From an uncultured Clostridia bacterium (GTDB lineage Bacteria; Bacillota; Clostridia; TANB77; CAG-508), in assembly GCA_944386735.1 (NCBI GenBank), contig CALXCH010000002.1, positions 90-64,089 of the forward strand: 64,000 nucleotides of DNA, written 5' to 3'. This document shows positions 7,880 to 17,259 of the stretch, in pieces. A model generated the notes under the pieces. The model ran no database searches. It was not told the DNA's origin and worked only from the letters and a program-made list of their open reading frames with translations. The translations under genes were made by a program, and so were the position numbers. Positions within the stretch are counted from its first letter, which is position 1. The number at the start of each line of letters is the position of its first letter.

Positions 7880-10141
7880 TTATTTAGAAACGACCTCCAC
7901 CGCCGCCTCCGGCCTCCGCCGTCCGCCGCCACCAGATGATCCGCCTCCAAATCCTCCACCTGAGCTATATGAAGATGAGCTAATACTATAAGAACTATTA
8001 TGAATAGCTGTTTCAACACTTCTGCTTAATTCTCTAGTTATTCCTAAATTTACACTTTGATATATTAATAAATTTGTATCTATATTACTTGTATCTGTAA
8101 TACTCATTTTCATCTTCTTTTCTACTTTATCGGCACAACCTAAAACTGTTGCTGTAACTAAATATCTTTCCCATAAAGTAATTTCAGGTAAATCTTTTTC
8201 ATCGAAATTACTAAAATCTTTTAGAAATCTTTTGTGGGCAAGCCATTTTGAATATTCTTCTTTACCTTTTTTGGTTCTATTTTTATCATTAGCATTTATA
8301 ACTAAATAGATACTATTAATTATTGTAATTCCTAGTAAATAACCTAAAACTTGCAAAGTACAATTACTTAATCCATAAAATACTCCAAATGCAAGACAAA
8401 GGCTTAAAACATAATTTATAATTACAAAAATTTTATAAATAATTGATGTCTCATTTCCTTTAAAATATTCTTTCCTCTCTGTTTCTTCCTTAGTTACTTT
8501 TTCAAACTCATCAATTCTTTTAATTAAATTTTTAGCCTTAGATGTGTTTTTTCCATAATTTTTTAAAGATTTTAAATTACATTTATTGTCTCTTCCAACC
8601 ATATTAAATAAAACATATAGAGCTACAGCTTCAGCACTTGTTCCTCTATAACTTTTGTTTTCAAGAACTAATATTACATCATCATTATCAGGATTTTTTT
8701 CATAAGATATTATTTTTTTGTTTATTAAATTTAATATTGTTGCTGAAAATCCTATATTAGTACTTTTCCTTTTCATTAGATATTCCAAGACATTTGGATT
8801 ATCCTCACTTGGAAACTCTCTATAATAGTGTCCTTTAAACTTATGTCTTTCATTAATTATTTTTATTAATTTATATATAGCAATAGCACCTAAGATGGTA
8901 TTTGTAATTATAACAAAAATTGTAAAACCTTTCCTTAATCTTGCTTGTTTTACCTCTAATACATTATTTAATTTTTCATAAATATTTAGATATTCCTTTT
9001 TTGCTTCTTCATCAAAACCTTCTTCTACATTTTCTTTAAAATCCTCTAGTCTGCTTCTTGTTAAAAACATATAATTATCATCTATTAAACTCTTTATATT
9101 ATATTTTAATCCTTCTTTCCAATTCTCATTTACCATGTCTTTTGTTTTTTCTATTCTATCTAAGAAATTTTGTTTTTCTTTGCTTGTTTCATCTAACTCA
9201 TTTACTAGTTCTAATGCATAATTATAATAATACATCCTTTGATTTTCTTCTAAATCAACTACTGCTTCACTTGCTTTACTTTCAAGATTCAATTTTTCTT
9301 TTTCTCTTTCCGAATTTGCTGTATCTGCCAGCATTTGCTCATATTTTAAAATATTATCTCTTCCATCTATATTAGATTTTTTAGTAGCTTGTGGCACCAA
9401 ATCTTTATTAAACATAATTCTTATAGTTTCTGGAGTATAACTATCTACATTTGTATCTTTAAAATACAATGTCTTAGAATCTAATATCTTATTTTCACCA
9501 GTAAGTGGCCCATGTGTCCAAATTCTAACATCACTATCTTCTCCTGGTAAATGTACAACAACTTGGAAATCTTCTACAATTTCTTCAAAATAATCTCCTA
9601 ATACATTCCAATATAATTCTGCTACATCATTATGCACTACAACTGCATCTTCAATAGTATATTCTATACACATAACTTTATTTTTGTTATTAGGGCAATA
9701 AATTTTAAAATCTCTACTCGAGCTATGTTCTGTAAGTTCATAAACTCCATAGTCGCCATTAGATGCACTTCTTACTTCTTCATATATAGTTTCAGCTTTT
9801 TTTATATCATCAATCGAATTAAAATTTTCTTGTGATATGTCATATACTTTAATATCTTTCATGCCTGTTCCATCATATATATCTGTATTTCCTGTAAAAT
9901 TACTATATATTCCAGTAAAAGCAATTGCATAAGGGTTTTTAAAATCTATATCTCTTAATCTACCATTATATTCTCCTTTAAGCCAAGCAGCTTCTCTTAC
10001 AGTCATAGAGCCATCTTCATTTATTGTTATATCTTGATATAGCAATTTAGTAGTTTCTTCTTCCTTCGCTAAAACATTATCTGTTAGGCAAAATACAAAT
10101 ATCATTGTAATAAATATTAATACTATTCTTATTTTTTTCAT
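7880..10141 (-). CDS. DUF2207-family membrane protein with a Gly-rich C-terminal tail (paralogue 1)
   Basis: Signal peptide, a large ectodomain, 3-4 TM helices, a WERYLV motif and a GGGFGGGSSGGGG tail. Paralogous to 19580-21496. The ATG at 10141 has better SD spacing than the one at 10147. Confidence 0.75.
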   Translation of the reverse strand: MKKIRIVLIFITMIFVFCLTDNVLAKEEETTKLLYQDITINEDGSMTVREAAWLKGEYNGRLRDIDFKNPYAIAFTGIYSNFTGNTDIYDGTGMKDIKVYDISQENFNSIDDIKKAETIYEEVRSASNGDYGVYELTEHSSSRDFKIYCPNNKNKVMCIEYTIEDAVVVHNDVAELYWNVLGDYFEEIVEDFQVVVHLPGEDSDVRIWTHGPLTGENKILDSKTLYFKDTNVDSYTPETIRIMFNKDLVPQATKKSNIDGRDNILKYEQMLADTANSEREKEKLNLESKASEAVVDLEENQRMYYYNYALELVNELDETSKEKQNFLDRIEKTKDMVNENWKEGLKYNIKSLIDDNYMFLTRSRLEDFKENVEEGFDEEAKKEYLNIYEKLNNVLEVKQARLRKGFTIFVIITNTILGAIAIYKLIKIINERHKFKGHYYREFPSEDNPNVLEYLMKRKSTNIGFSATILNLINKKIISYEKNPDNDDVILVLENKSYRGTSAEAVALYVLFNMVGRDNKCNLKSLKNYGKNTSKAKNLIKRIDEFEKVTKEETERKEYFKGNETSIIYKIFVIINYVLSLCLAFGVFYGLSNCTLQVLGYLLGITIINSIYLVINANDKNRTKKGKEEYSKWLAHKRFLKDFSNFDEKDLPEITLWERYLVTATVLGCADKVEKKMKMSITDTSNIDTNLLIYQSVNLGITRELSRSVETAIHNSSYSISSSSYSSGGGFGGGSSGGGGRRRPEAAVEVVSK

Positions 10142-10164
10142 TTTCATCCCCCATATACAAATTA

Positions 10165-10195
10165 TGATATAGAAAAATAAAATTTTTCTATATCA
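10165..10195 (-). terminator. hairpin after fba (possible terminator)
   Basis: TGATATAGAAAAAT / ATTTTTCTATATCA 14-bp stem. The trailing U-tract on the minus strand is weak. Confidence 0.45.
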
Positions 10196-10219
10196 CATTT
10201 TGTCTGCATAATAATGCTT

Positions 10220-11149
10220 TTATATTTTGTTACTTGAACCAAAAACATCTACCATTTTATGTTTTACTGTTTCTTTAATTAAATCCCTTGCTGGTGTTAA
10301 ATATTTTCTTGGATCAAATGCACTTGGTTCTTCTGCAAATACTTTTCTAATTCCTGCTGTCATAGCTAATCTTAAGTCTGTATCTACATTTATTTTTGAT
10401 ACTCCAGATATACTTGCTTCATGTAACATTTCATCTGGTACACCTTTTGCTCCTGGGATATTTCCACCATATTTATTACACATATCTACTAATTCTGGAA
10501 TAACTGTAGATGCTCCATGTAATACTATTGGAGTATTAGGTATTCTTTCCTTTACTTCTTTTAAAATATCAAATCTAAGTTTAGCTTCTCCTTTAAATTT
10601 GTATGCTCCATGGCTTGTACCAATAGCAATAGCTAAAGAATCACATCCTGTTCTTTTTACAAATTCTTCAGCTTGTGCAGGATCTGTATACATAGCATCT
10701 GATGCCTCTACATTTACATCATCTTCTATTCCTGCTAATTTTCCAAGTTCAGCTTCAACTACTACTCCTTTTGAATGAGCATAATCTACTACTTGTTTTG
10801 TTAATCTTACATTTTCCTCAAAATCATATTTTGAACCATCTATCATAACAGATGTAAATCCATTATCAATACACATTTTAGCTGTTTCAAAATCTGGTCC
10901 ATGATCTAAGTGAATTGCGACTGGAACTTCTGGATGTTCTTCTACTGCTGCTTCTATCATTTTCATTAAATATCCTATTCTTGCATATTTTATTGCACTT
11001 GATGATGCTTGTAATATAACTGGTGATTTAGCCTCTGCTGCTGCATCCATAATTCCTTGTATTATTTCCATATTATTTACGTTAAATGCACCTATTGCAT
11101 ATCCTTCTTTCATTGCTTTTTCAAACATATCCTTTGTTGTAACTAACAT
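10220..11149 (-). CDS. fba: class II fructose-1,6-bisphosphate aldolase
   Basis: Typical class II FBA sequence (GAFNVNNME, HLDHG, IGTSHGAYKF, LHGAS). Confidence 0.92.
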   Translation of the reverse strand: MLVTTKDMFEKAMKEGYAIGAFNVNNMEIIQGIMDAAAEAKSPVILQASSSAIKYARIGYLMKMIEAAVEEHPEVPVAIHLDHGPDFETAKMCIDNGFTSVMIDGSKYDFEENVRLTKQVVDYAHSKGVVVEAELGKLAGIEDDVNVEASDAMYTDPAQAEEFVKRTGCDSLAIAIGTSHGAYKFKGEAKLRFDILKEVKERIPNTPIVLHGASTVIPELVDMCNKYGGNIPGAKGVPDEMLHEASISGVSKINVDTDLRLAMTAGIRKVFAEEPSAFDPRKYLTPARDLIKETVKHKMVDVFGSSNKI

Positions 11150-11302
11150 AATAATTCCTCCTTTTTACTTTATTTTCTACGTTGTTATTTTATTGCTTAT
11201 TTTAGAATATGTCAAGTATTTTTAAAACAAATAAAGACGAGCAATTTTGCCTAACATTTTCATTATTTTACAAAATTAGACAAAAACTCGTCTCTAACCT
11301 TT

Positions 11303-12268
11303 TTACTCATAATCAATTAACTCTATTTTATTTGATTCAAATTCTTTATTATTATCAATTTCTTTACTTAAATCAGTTGATAAATATTTTTTATTATCAT
11401 CTGCAAATACAGTTACAACACTTTTTTCAATTTGATATGCAAGCAATACTCCTGCAATAAAATTAGCTCCTGATGATATCCCAACTCCCAATCCTAATTC
11501 TTTTGCTAGTTTTCTGGACATATTTATTGCATCTTCATCATTTACTAATATTACTTCATCTATTTTGCTCTTATCTAGTAAATCTGGTACAAAGTCATCT
11601 CCTATTCCTTCTATTTTATGCTGAGAAATTATTTTTCCTTGAGATATTATTGGCATTTTATCTGGCTCTAATGCTACTATTTTTATTTCTTTATATTCTT
11701 TTCTTAATCTATCTCCTATTCCCATTAAAGTTCCACCTGTTCCAACTCCTGAGACAAAGCCTCCTACTGATTCTCCTAAATCTTTTAAGCCTTCTATTAT
11801 TTCTTTTCCTGTTGTTTCAAAATGTGATCTATAATTGTCCATATTTCCAAATTGATTCGCTAAAAATCCATTTTTTTCTTTTGCTAATTTTTTAGCTTCT
11901 TCTACGCACTTTATAAATCCTCCATCCTCTTTAGAAATCAATATTACATTTGCTCCATAATTTTTCATTAATTGTATTCTTTCTTTACTTGCCCAATCTG
12001 GCATAAAAATATACACTGGATGTTTATAATATGCTCCTAATGCTGCAAGTGCAATTCCTGTATTCCCACTTGTCGCTTCTATTATTGGCTCTCCTTCTTT
12101 TAATTCTCCTCTTTTTTTAGCTTCATTTATTATATAATAAGCTACTCTATCTTTTATACTCCCTGTTAGGTTATAATATTCTAATTTAGTAAATACATTT
12201 ATTTCTTTTCCTTTATATTTGCATTTAATTTTTATTATTGGAGTATTTCCAATTGATTCCATTAACAT
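11303..12268 (-). CDS. cysK: cysteine synthase / O-acetylserine sulfhydrylase family (PLP-dependent)
   Basis: PLP lysine motif GSIKDR, SGNTG, and the GTGGT loop. Overlaps the peroxiredoxin stop by 7 nt. Confidence 0.8.
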   Translation of the reverse strand: MLMESIGNTPIIKIKCKYKGKEINVFTKLEYYNLTGSIKDRVAYYIINEAKKRGELKEGEPIIEATSGNTGIALAALGAYYKHPVYIFMPDWASKERIQLMKNYGANVILISKEDGGFIKCVEEAKKLAKEKNGFLANQFGNMDNYRSHFETTGKEIIEGLKDLGESVGGFVSGVGTGGTLMGIGDRLRKEYKEIKIVALEPDKMPIISQGKIISQHKIEGIGDDFVPDLLDKSKIDEVILVNDEDAINMSRKLAKELGLGVGISSGANFIAGVLLAYQIEKSVVTVFADDNKKYLSTDLSKEIDNNKEFESNKIELIDYE

Positions 12269-12972
12269 TTTTCTTCACCATCACTACTATTTTCTTTATT
12301 TTCTATACATTTCTCACTTGGCTGTCTGAAACTTAAATACCAATTAATTCCGTTTCTATTCTTATTTATATATTCTACCCTTTCTTCTAGCTCACTATAC
12401 GTTTGTGGACTTGGTACTATTACAGGTTGATTTGGCATCCAATTTGCAGCAGTTGCTCCTCCCATACAATCTGCCATCTGCAGTGCTCTTACTGTTCTTA
12501 ATATTTCTGGAATAAATCTACCAACATTCATTGGATATATTAATATTGTTCTAACTATTTGTTTATCATCTATTATATAGACATTTCTAACAGTTTCTGT
12601 TGTACTTACTTCATTAGATATCATTCCATATCTTCTTGCAATTAATGCATTCCTATCTGCTATTATTGGGAAAGATACTTTGATTCCTGTTCTACAATAA
12701 ATATCATACACCCATGCTAAATGTGAACTATTACTATCCACGCTTAATCCTAACAATTCTGTATTTATTTCCTTGAAATATGTATGTGCTCTTGTAAAAG
12801 CTATCATTTCTGTTGTGCAAACTGGAGTAAAATCTCCTGGATGAGAAAACAATACAATCCATTTTCCTGCATAATCTTTTAAGTTTACTTTTCCAAATGT
12901 TGATATAGCTTCAAAATCAGGTGCTTTTTCACCTATTTTTACATTTCCATTTTCTAACAATTCATAATTCAT
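12262..12972 (-). CDS. peroxiredoxin (1-Cys / Prx6-like, AhpC-TSA family)
   Basis: Active site DFTPVCTTE and the thioredoxin-fold pattern. Co-transcribed with cysK. Confidence 0.85.
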   Translation of the reverse strand: MNYELLENGNVKIGEKAPDFEAISTFGKVNLKDYAGKWIVLFSHPGDFTPVCTTEMIAFTRAHTYFKEINTELLGLSVDSNSSHLAWVYDIYCRTGIKVSFPIIADRNALIARRYGMISNEVSTTETVRNVYIIDDKQIVRTILIYPMNVGRFIPEILRTVRALQMADCMGGATAANWMPNQPVIVPSPQTYSELEERVEYINKNRNGINWYLSFRQPSEKCIENKENSSDGEEKC

Positions 12973-12978
12973 AACCTA

Positions 12979-13022
12979 AACTCCTTTCATTTCTATATAT
13001 TATGAAAGAAGTTTTATTTTGT
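12979..13022 (-). repeat. H1 hairpin repeat, copy a; overlaps the peroxiredoxin SD
   Basis: Minus strand: AAAATAAAACTTCTTTCATAATATATAGAAATGAAAGGAGTT. The 3' arm contains AAAGGAG, 8 nt before the ATG at 12972. Confidence 0.8.
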
Positions 13023-13099
13023 TAAATATTTGTTAAACTAAATAATTTTATTTTTCTTTTAACTCTCTATCTATAATAATTTTTTTACTTTTCATTACT

Positions 13100-13147
13100 G
13101 AAAAATTGCAGAAAGCAAGGATATACATATACCTTTACTTTCTGCAA
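13100..13147 (-). terminator. intrinsic terminator after the GNAT gene
   Basis: TTGCAGAAAGTAAAGG / CCTTGCTTTCTGCAA long stem followed by TTTTTC on the minus strand. Confidence 0.7.
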
Positions 13148-13171
13148 TTTATTTTAGCTTCTACTATTTAG

Positions 13172-13813
13172 TTAAAGCCATTTGGGTTTTTTCGTGCAGA
13201 CTACTATAGCTTGTGCATCATTTGGATTAAGTTTTTGGAATATATTATAAATACTCCTATTTTTTACCTTCTGCTTGATTTTTTCATCGGGATATGCATT
13301 TCGTACAATCATATCTTCATCTGCTTCAAGCATATCTGGATGTGAACGCAAGACTTTCCATATTTCTTCTGGTACATCATGAGAAGTGACACTTGGAAAT
13401 ACCAACTCTGTATTTCCATTATATACTTCATTACTCATCATTTCATATACTCTTGGATTATGGGTTCTAGCTGTTAGAAACACGTTTCCATCTTTCTTTA
13501 TGATTTCACGAAGCAACCTTGAACCAAATCCCATCCCTTGAATATCTGGATGAACAATAATACCATGTATATAAGTATTACTACTTTCAGTAACATTATC
13601 ACATGTAGCAAATCCATAGATTTCACTATTTTCATCCATTATCATGAATAGTTCTGCATTTTCATTTCCAAAAAGATGCTCATACATATCCTGATAATCC
13701 GTTGGAAAGGTAGCATTATTTGCTATCTCCAAGCACCGTTTTGTTGCTCGCTCTTTATCCTCGAAGTCCTTTGGTGCACCAATAAAAATGTTAAAGCTTT
13801 TGATTTCCTTCAT
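13172..13813 (-). CDS. GNAT-family N-acetyltransferase, GC-elevated
   Basis: GNAT motif A (IIVHPDIQGMGFGSRLLREI). Own promoter and terminator. G+C visibly above the neighbours. Confidence 0.7.
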   Translation of the reverse strand: MKEIKSFNIFIGAPKDFEDKERATKRCLEIANNATFPTDYQDMYEHLFGNENAELFMIMDENSEIYGFATCDNVTESSNTYIHGIIVHPDIQGMGFGSRLLREIIKKDGNVFLTARTHNPRVYEMMSNEVYNGNTELVFPSVTSHDVPEEIWKVLRSHPDMLEADEDMIVRNAYPDEKIKQKVKNRSIYNIFQKLNPNDAQAIVVCTKKPKWL

Positions 13814-13903
13814 GGAAATACCTCCTTATTCATCTTCCCTTCATTCACCAAATTAAAATTTGTAGTTACACTCCCTTCTGTGTTAAACCATCTAGATATT
13901 CAT

Positions 13904-13932
13904 ATATTACCATTTTCTTACATGTTTGTCAA
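13904..13932 (-). promoter_or_regulatory. sigma-A type promoter of the GNAT gene
   Basis: TTGACA, 17 nt, TAATAT on the minus strand, leaving a leader of about 90 nt. Confidence 0.55.
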
Positions 13933-13953
13933 CGACTTAACATAATTTTAATA

Positions 13954-15393
13954 CTAAATATCATTTAATATTATAATAATATAATTATATATTTTCTTTA
14001 ATGAACTTATTGAACATCTCTCTTGCGGACTATGAGCATCATATATATTTGGTGCAATTGCAATAAAATCTAACCCTGGTATTTTTTCTCCAAAAAAGCC
14101 TGCCTCTAAGCAAATATGCATATCAATAACTTTTGGGTTTATCCCAAAATATTCTTCATATATTGCTTTACATTTATCTACAAACATTGATCTTTCTTTA
14201 TGTTCATAACCTGACAATTCGCTTTTTTTCACTTGTATATTATATTTGTTAACTATGTTATTTAACTCATTCTCTAATTTTTCTTCTATCTCACTTCTAT
14301 TCGTTCTTATAGAAAAGGATATTTTTACTTTATTTTCTGTGCTTTCTATCTCTCCTATATTTAATGAAACTAAAGGGTTTGAATATTTATCCTCATAATA
14401 TACACCATTTTTTATTTCTTTTAAAACATTTATAACTTCTTTTGTTGTATCTGAATTAAAACTATTGTCATCACCTTGTTTAATTTGCTCTATACTTACT
14501 TTAATGTTTTCACTATCATTTATATTTTTTTTCTTCAATACTTCATTATATTCTACTATATCTTTAGATATATTTTCAAAATCATCCTGTTTTACAAATA
14601 TCTCACTATAACATTCTCGTGGTATTACATTAACTTTTCTTCCTCCATAGATAGATTTTAAATAAATATTATATTTATTATATAATTTATTCAATAAATT
14701 TCCCATCTCTTTTATAGGATTTCCTCTTTTTTTAGCTATATCCTTTCCAGAATGTCCACCTCTAAATCCATTTATTCCTATTCTTGCCGAAATGTAATCT
14801 TTATCGTTTTTGTGCATACTTCCTTCCATTTCATATTCAAAAATTTTGGCTCCTGCACATCCAATCCACAATTCTTTTTCATTCATATTATCTAAACATA
14901 TCATTTTTTTACTTTCTAGCATACTTACATCTATTTTCTTTGCTCCTTCCATTGTTGTTTCTTCTTGCACTGTAAATATAGCCTCTATTTTCGGATGATT
15001 TATCTCATTTGAATTTAATATAGCAAGTATTATTGCTACTCCTATTCCATTATCTGCTCCCAATGTAGTACCTTTTGCTTTAATATAATCTCCTTCGATA
15101 TAAACATCTAACCCTTCTTTTTGAAAATCATGATTACTATTTTCTTCTTTTTCACATACCATATCTAAATGGCATTGTAACATTATGCTTTCAGTACTTT
15201 TATTTCCTTTTGTAGCCTCTTTAAATATTATAATGTTATTGTATTCATCTCTTGTATATTTTAAATTTCTTTCTTTTGCAAAATTTTCTATATAGTCTGC
15301 AATTTTTTCTTCTTTTCCAGACATTCTTGGTATTTTACTTATTTCATAAAAATATTTCAATACTTCATTTATATCAACTTCTTTTTTCTTCAT
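13954..15393 (-). CDS. pepD: aminoacyl-histidine dipeptidase (M20 family, PepD)
   Basis: 479 aa with M20 metal-ligand motifs (HLDMV, GADNGIGVA, QEETTMEGA) over PepD-like length. Confidence 0.85.
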   Translation of the reverse strand: MKKKEVDINEVLKYFYEISKIPRMSGKEEKIADYIENFAKERNLKYTRDEYNNIIIFKEATKGNKSTESIMLQCHLDMVCEKEENSNHDFQKEGLDVYIEGDYIKAKGTTLGADNGIGVAIILAILNSNEINHPKIEAIFTVQEETTMEGAKKIDVSMLESKKMICLDNMNEKELWIGCAGAKIFEYEMEGSMHKNDKDYISARIGINGFRGGHSGKDIAKKRGNPIKEMGNLLNKLYNKYNIYLKSIYGGRKVNVIPRECYSEIFVKQDDFENISKDIVEYNEVLKKKNINDSENIKVSIEQIKQGDDNSFNSDTTKEVINVLKEIKNGVYYEDKYSNPLVSLNIGEIESTENKVKISFSIRTNRSEIEEKLENELNNIVNKYNIQVKKSELSGYEHKERSMFVDKCKAIYEEYFGINPKVIDMHICLEAGFFGEKIPGLDFIAIAPNIYDAHSPQERCSISSLKKIYNYIIIILNDI

Positions 15394-15530
15394 AATTTTC
15401 CCTCCCTATCTTTTATTATAAACAAACCTCTTATCTATCTATTCAATATATTTTCATCATTGTTTATAATCATATCTTAGCATAAGAGTAAATAATTATC
15501 AACAGCTTACTTTAAACCATTTTATATCAA

Positions 15531-15580
15531 TTAAAAAACTCCTTCCATTTCTAAAATATTATGAAAGAAGTTTTATTTTT
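15531..15580 (-). repeat. H1 hairpin repeat, copy b; acts as a terminator here
   Basis: Minus strand: AAAATAAAACTTCTTTCATAATATTTTAGAAATGGAAGGAGTTTTTT. A 12-bp stem with two G-U pairs, followed by T6. Confidence 0.8.
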
Positions 15581-15635
15581 TATTCAAATAAACGAATATA
15601 GTTTTATTTTTCTACTTATTTCTACTTAAATTACA

Positions 15636-16229
15636 TTATTTTATTAACTTTAGCTTTAGTACATCATTTTTTCCATTTTGTGCTTCTAATATTTTAATTA
15701 CGTTTTCTTTAGTTATTCCTAATTCTTCTTGCATTTTTTCTTGAGTTTCTCTTACAAATAATAAATTGTTATTAATTACAGATTGTGAACTTTTTAATGA
15801 ATTAACAATTTTTCTTATTTTGTTTTGTCCCTTTTTAACTGTTTCTAATTCTGTTTGTATATTGGAAATATTAGCTTTCATTGTTTCCTGTTCATCTTTT
15901 ATTCCTATAATATCAGCTTTTATTGCTTCCTGTTCTTCTTTTATTGTTACAATGTCAGTTTTTATTGCTTCCTGTTCTTCTTTTATTCCTATAATATCAG
16001 CTTTTATTACTTCCTGTTCTTCTTTTATTGTTACAATGTCAGCTTTTATTACTTCCTGTTCTTCCTTTATTGTTACAATATCAGCTTTTATTACTTCCTG
16101 TTCTTCCTTTATTACTGTAATATCAGCTTCCATTTTTTCTTGTCTTTCCTTTATGTCTGTAATATCACTTTTCATGTCTTTAATATCAGAATGCATATCA
16201 GTAAGTAGCTTAATTATTTTTTCTTCCAT
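15636..16229 (-). CDS. coiled-coil protein built from 14-aa tandem repeats
   Basis: About seven copies of KADIVTIKEEQEVI-like units, with a heptad-compatible pattern. SD GGAGAAAAA. Confidence 0.65.
   Translation of the reverse strand: MEEKIIKLLTDMHSDIKDMKSDITDIKERQEKMEADITVIKEEQEVIKADIVTIKEEQEVIKADIVTIKEEQEVIKADIIGIKEEQEAIKTDIVTIKEEQEAIKADIIGIKDEQETMKANISNIQTELETVKKGQNKIRKIVNSLKSSQSVINNNLLFVRETQEKMQEELGITKENVIKILEAQNGKNDVLKLKLIK
15871..16164. repeat. 42-bp tandem repeat, about 7 copies, in frame within the CDS
   Basis: Unit TCAGCTTTTATTRCTTCCTGTTCTTCYTTTATTGTTACAATR starts at 15871, 15913, 15955, 15997, 16039, 16081 and 16123. The outer copies are degenerate. Confidence 0.9.
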
Positions 16230-16597
16230 TAAGTTTTTCTCCTTTCTGCTTTTACAATAAATTGTAAAAACTAGTTTGATTTATTAATAACTTCATCTTA
16301 AATACAAAAATTTAATTTTGCTCCTCTCATTTTTAATAGTAAATTAATTTTACTACTAACTTTATCTTAAGTCAATACTAAATTTTTTAATAAATTGAAA
16401 AAAAGAGATAAATAAAAATCCCACTATAAAATGTTTTTCTTAGAATAAATTTTAAATTTCATTTTTGGGGGAAATTAATAATATAATTTTTAAATATTTT
16501 AGAAATAAATTTCAAAATAAAACTTTACATATAATAACATATAATTTTTAAAAAAGCAACTTTTTTATCAATTTAAATTTTTTATTTTAGTATACAA

Positions 16598-16641
16598 ATA
16601 AAAACTTCTTTCACTTTTTATATTATGAAAGAAGTTTTTTA
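16598..16641 (-). repeat. H1 hairpin repeat, copy c; acts as a terminator here
   Basis: Minus strand: AAAAAACTTCTTTCATAATATAAAAAGTGAAAGAAGTTTTTATTTG, located after the stop at 16675. Confidence 0.8.
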
Positions 16642-16674
16642 TTAACTTTACTTATTTTTTAATGGACTCTTCCT

Positions 16675-17172
16675 TTATACTGAAAACCATATAAATGGAA
16701 TATCAATTATTCCAAGTATAAGACCAACCATAACTGCTGCTCTAGTTACATCGTCATGTATTATCTCTACCTTTTCTGTATCATTTTCTACCTTTTCGTC
16801 AGCAATACTAACTGTATAATAATTTACATCCTGTAATTTAAAACGCAATTCAATATCTTGTGTTTCATTTTCTTTTAAATCATTAATTTGAATATATGTT
16901 CTTCCTAAAAAGACATCTCTTTCAGAATAAAATTCTACTTCTAAATATTTACCACCAATATCTTCTGTCTCTGAATTAGTTATAGTTCCATAAATTCTAC
17001 CATTTATACGTGTAGCTTGTGCCTTTTCTATATTTACTTGTTTTGGTATTTCTCCTTTTGAACTAATATTTACATAACTAGAGTTCAAGCCAACAGATAT
17101 TAGAATATTAGAAAGTATATAAAATACTATTAATATTAGTACATATATTGCAAATGTTTTTATTCTATCCAT
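16675..17172 (-). CDS. two-TM membrane protein with a beta-rich ectodomain (paralogue of 24448-24918); weak FxLYD-domain resemblance
   Basis: MDRIKTFAIY.. N-terminal TM, then ..INGRIYGTITN..GKYLEVEFYSERD.., then a C-terminal TM. Clearly alignable with the 24448 protein. Confidence 0.6.
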   Translation of the reverse strand: MDRIKTFAIYVLILIVFYILSNILISVGLNSSYVNISSKGEIPKQVNIEKAQATRINGRIYGTITNSETEDIGGKYLEVEFYSERDVFLGRTYIQINDLKENETQDIELRFKLQDVNYYTVSIADEKVENDTEKVEIIHDDVTRAAVMVGLILGIIDIPFIWFSV

Positions 17173-17259
17173 AAAATTTCTCCGTTCCTCACTTTAATTT
17201 CTATATAATTATACTAAGAATTTACATAAAAATCAAATTATAGTATTATTTACTAATCA

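Noticed and set aside
7768-8019. An 83-aa minus-strand ORF overlapping the 3' end of the DUF2207 gene in another frame (..GGGRRRRWRSFLNKYENE..).
   Set aside because: It is an alternative-frame read of the GC-rich Gly-codon tract that continues through the terminator. It has no SD. It is relevant only as a reminder that the frame in this tract is uncertain (see the finding at 7880-7960).
15871-16164. The 42-bp array, and the 32-bp array at 32001-32130, considered as possible CRISPR arrays.
   Set aside because: The units are directly abutting with no unique spacers. The 42-bp array is in frame within a CDS. No cas genes or leader are present, and neither repeat is palindromic in the manner of CRISPR repeats.
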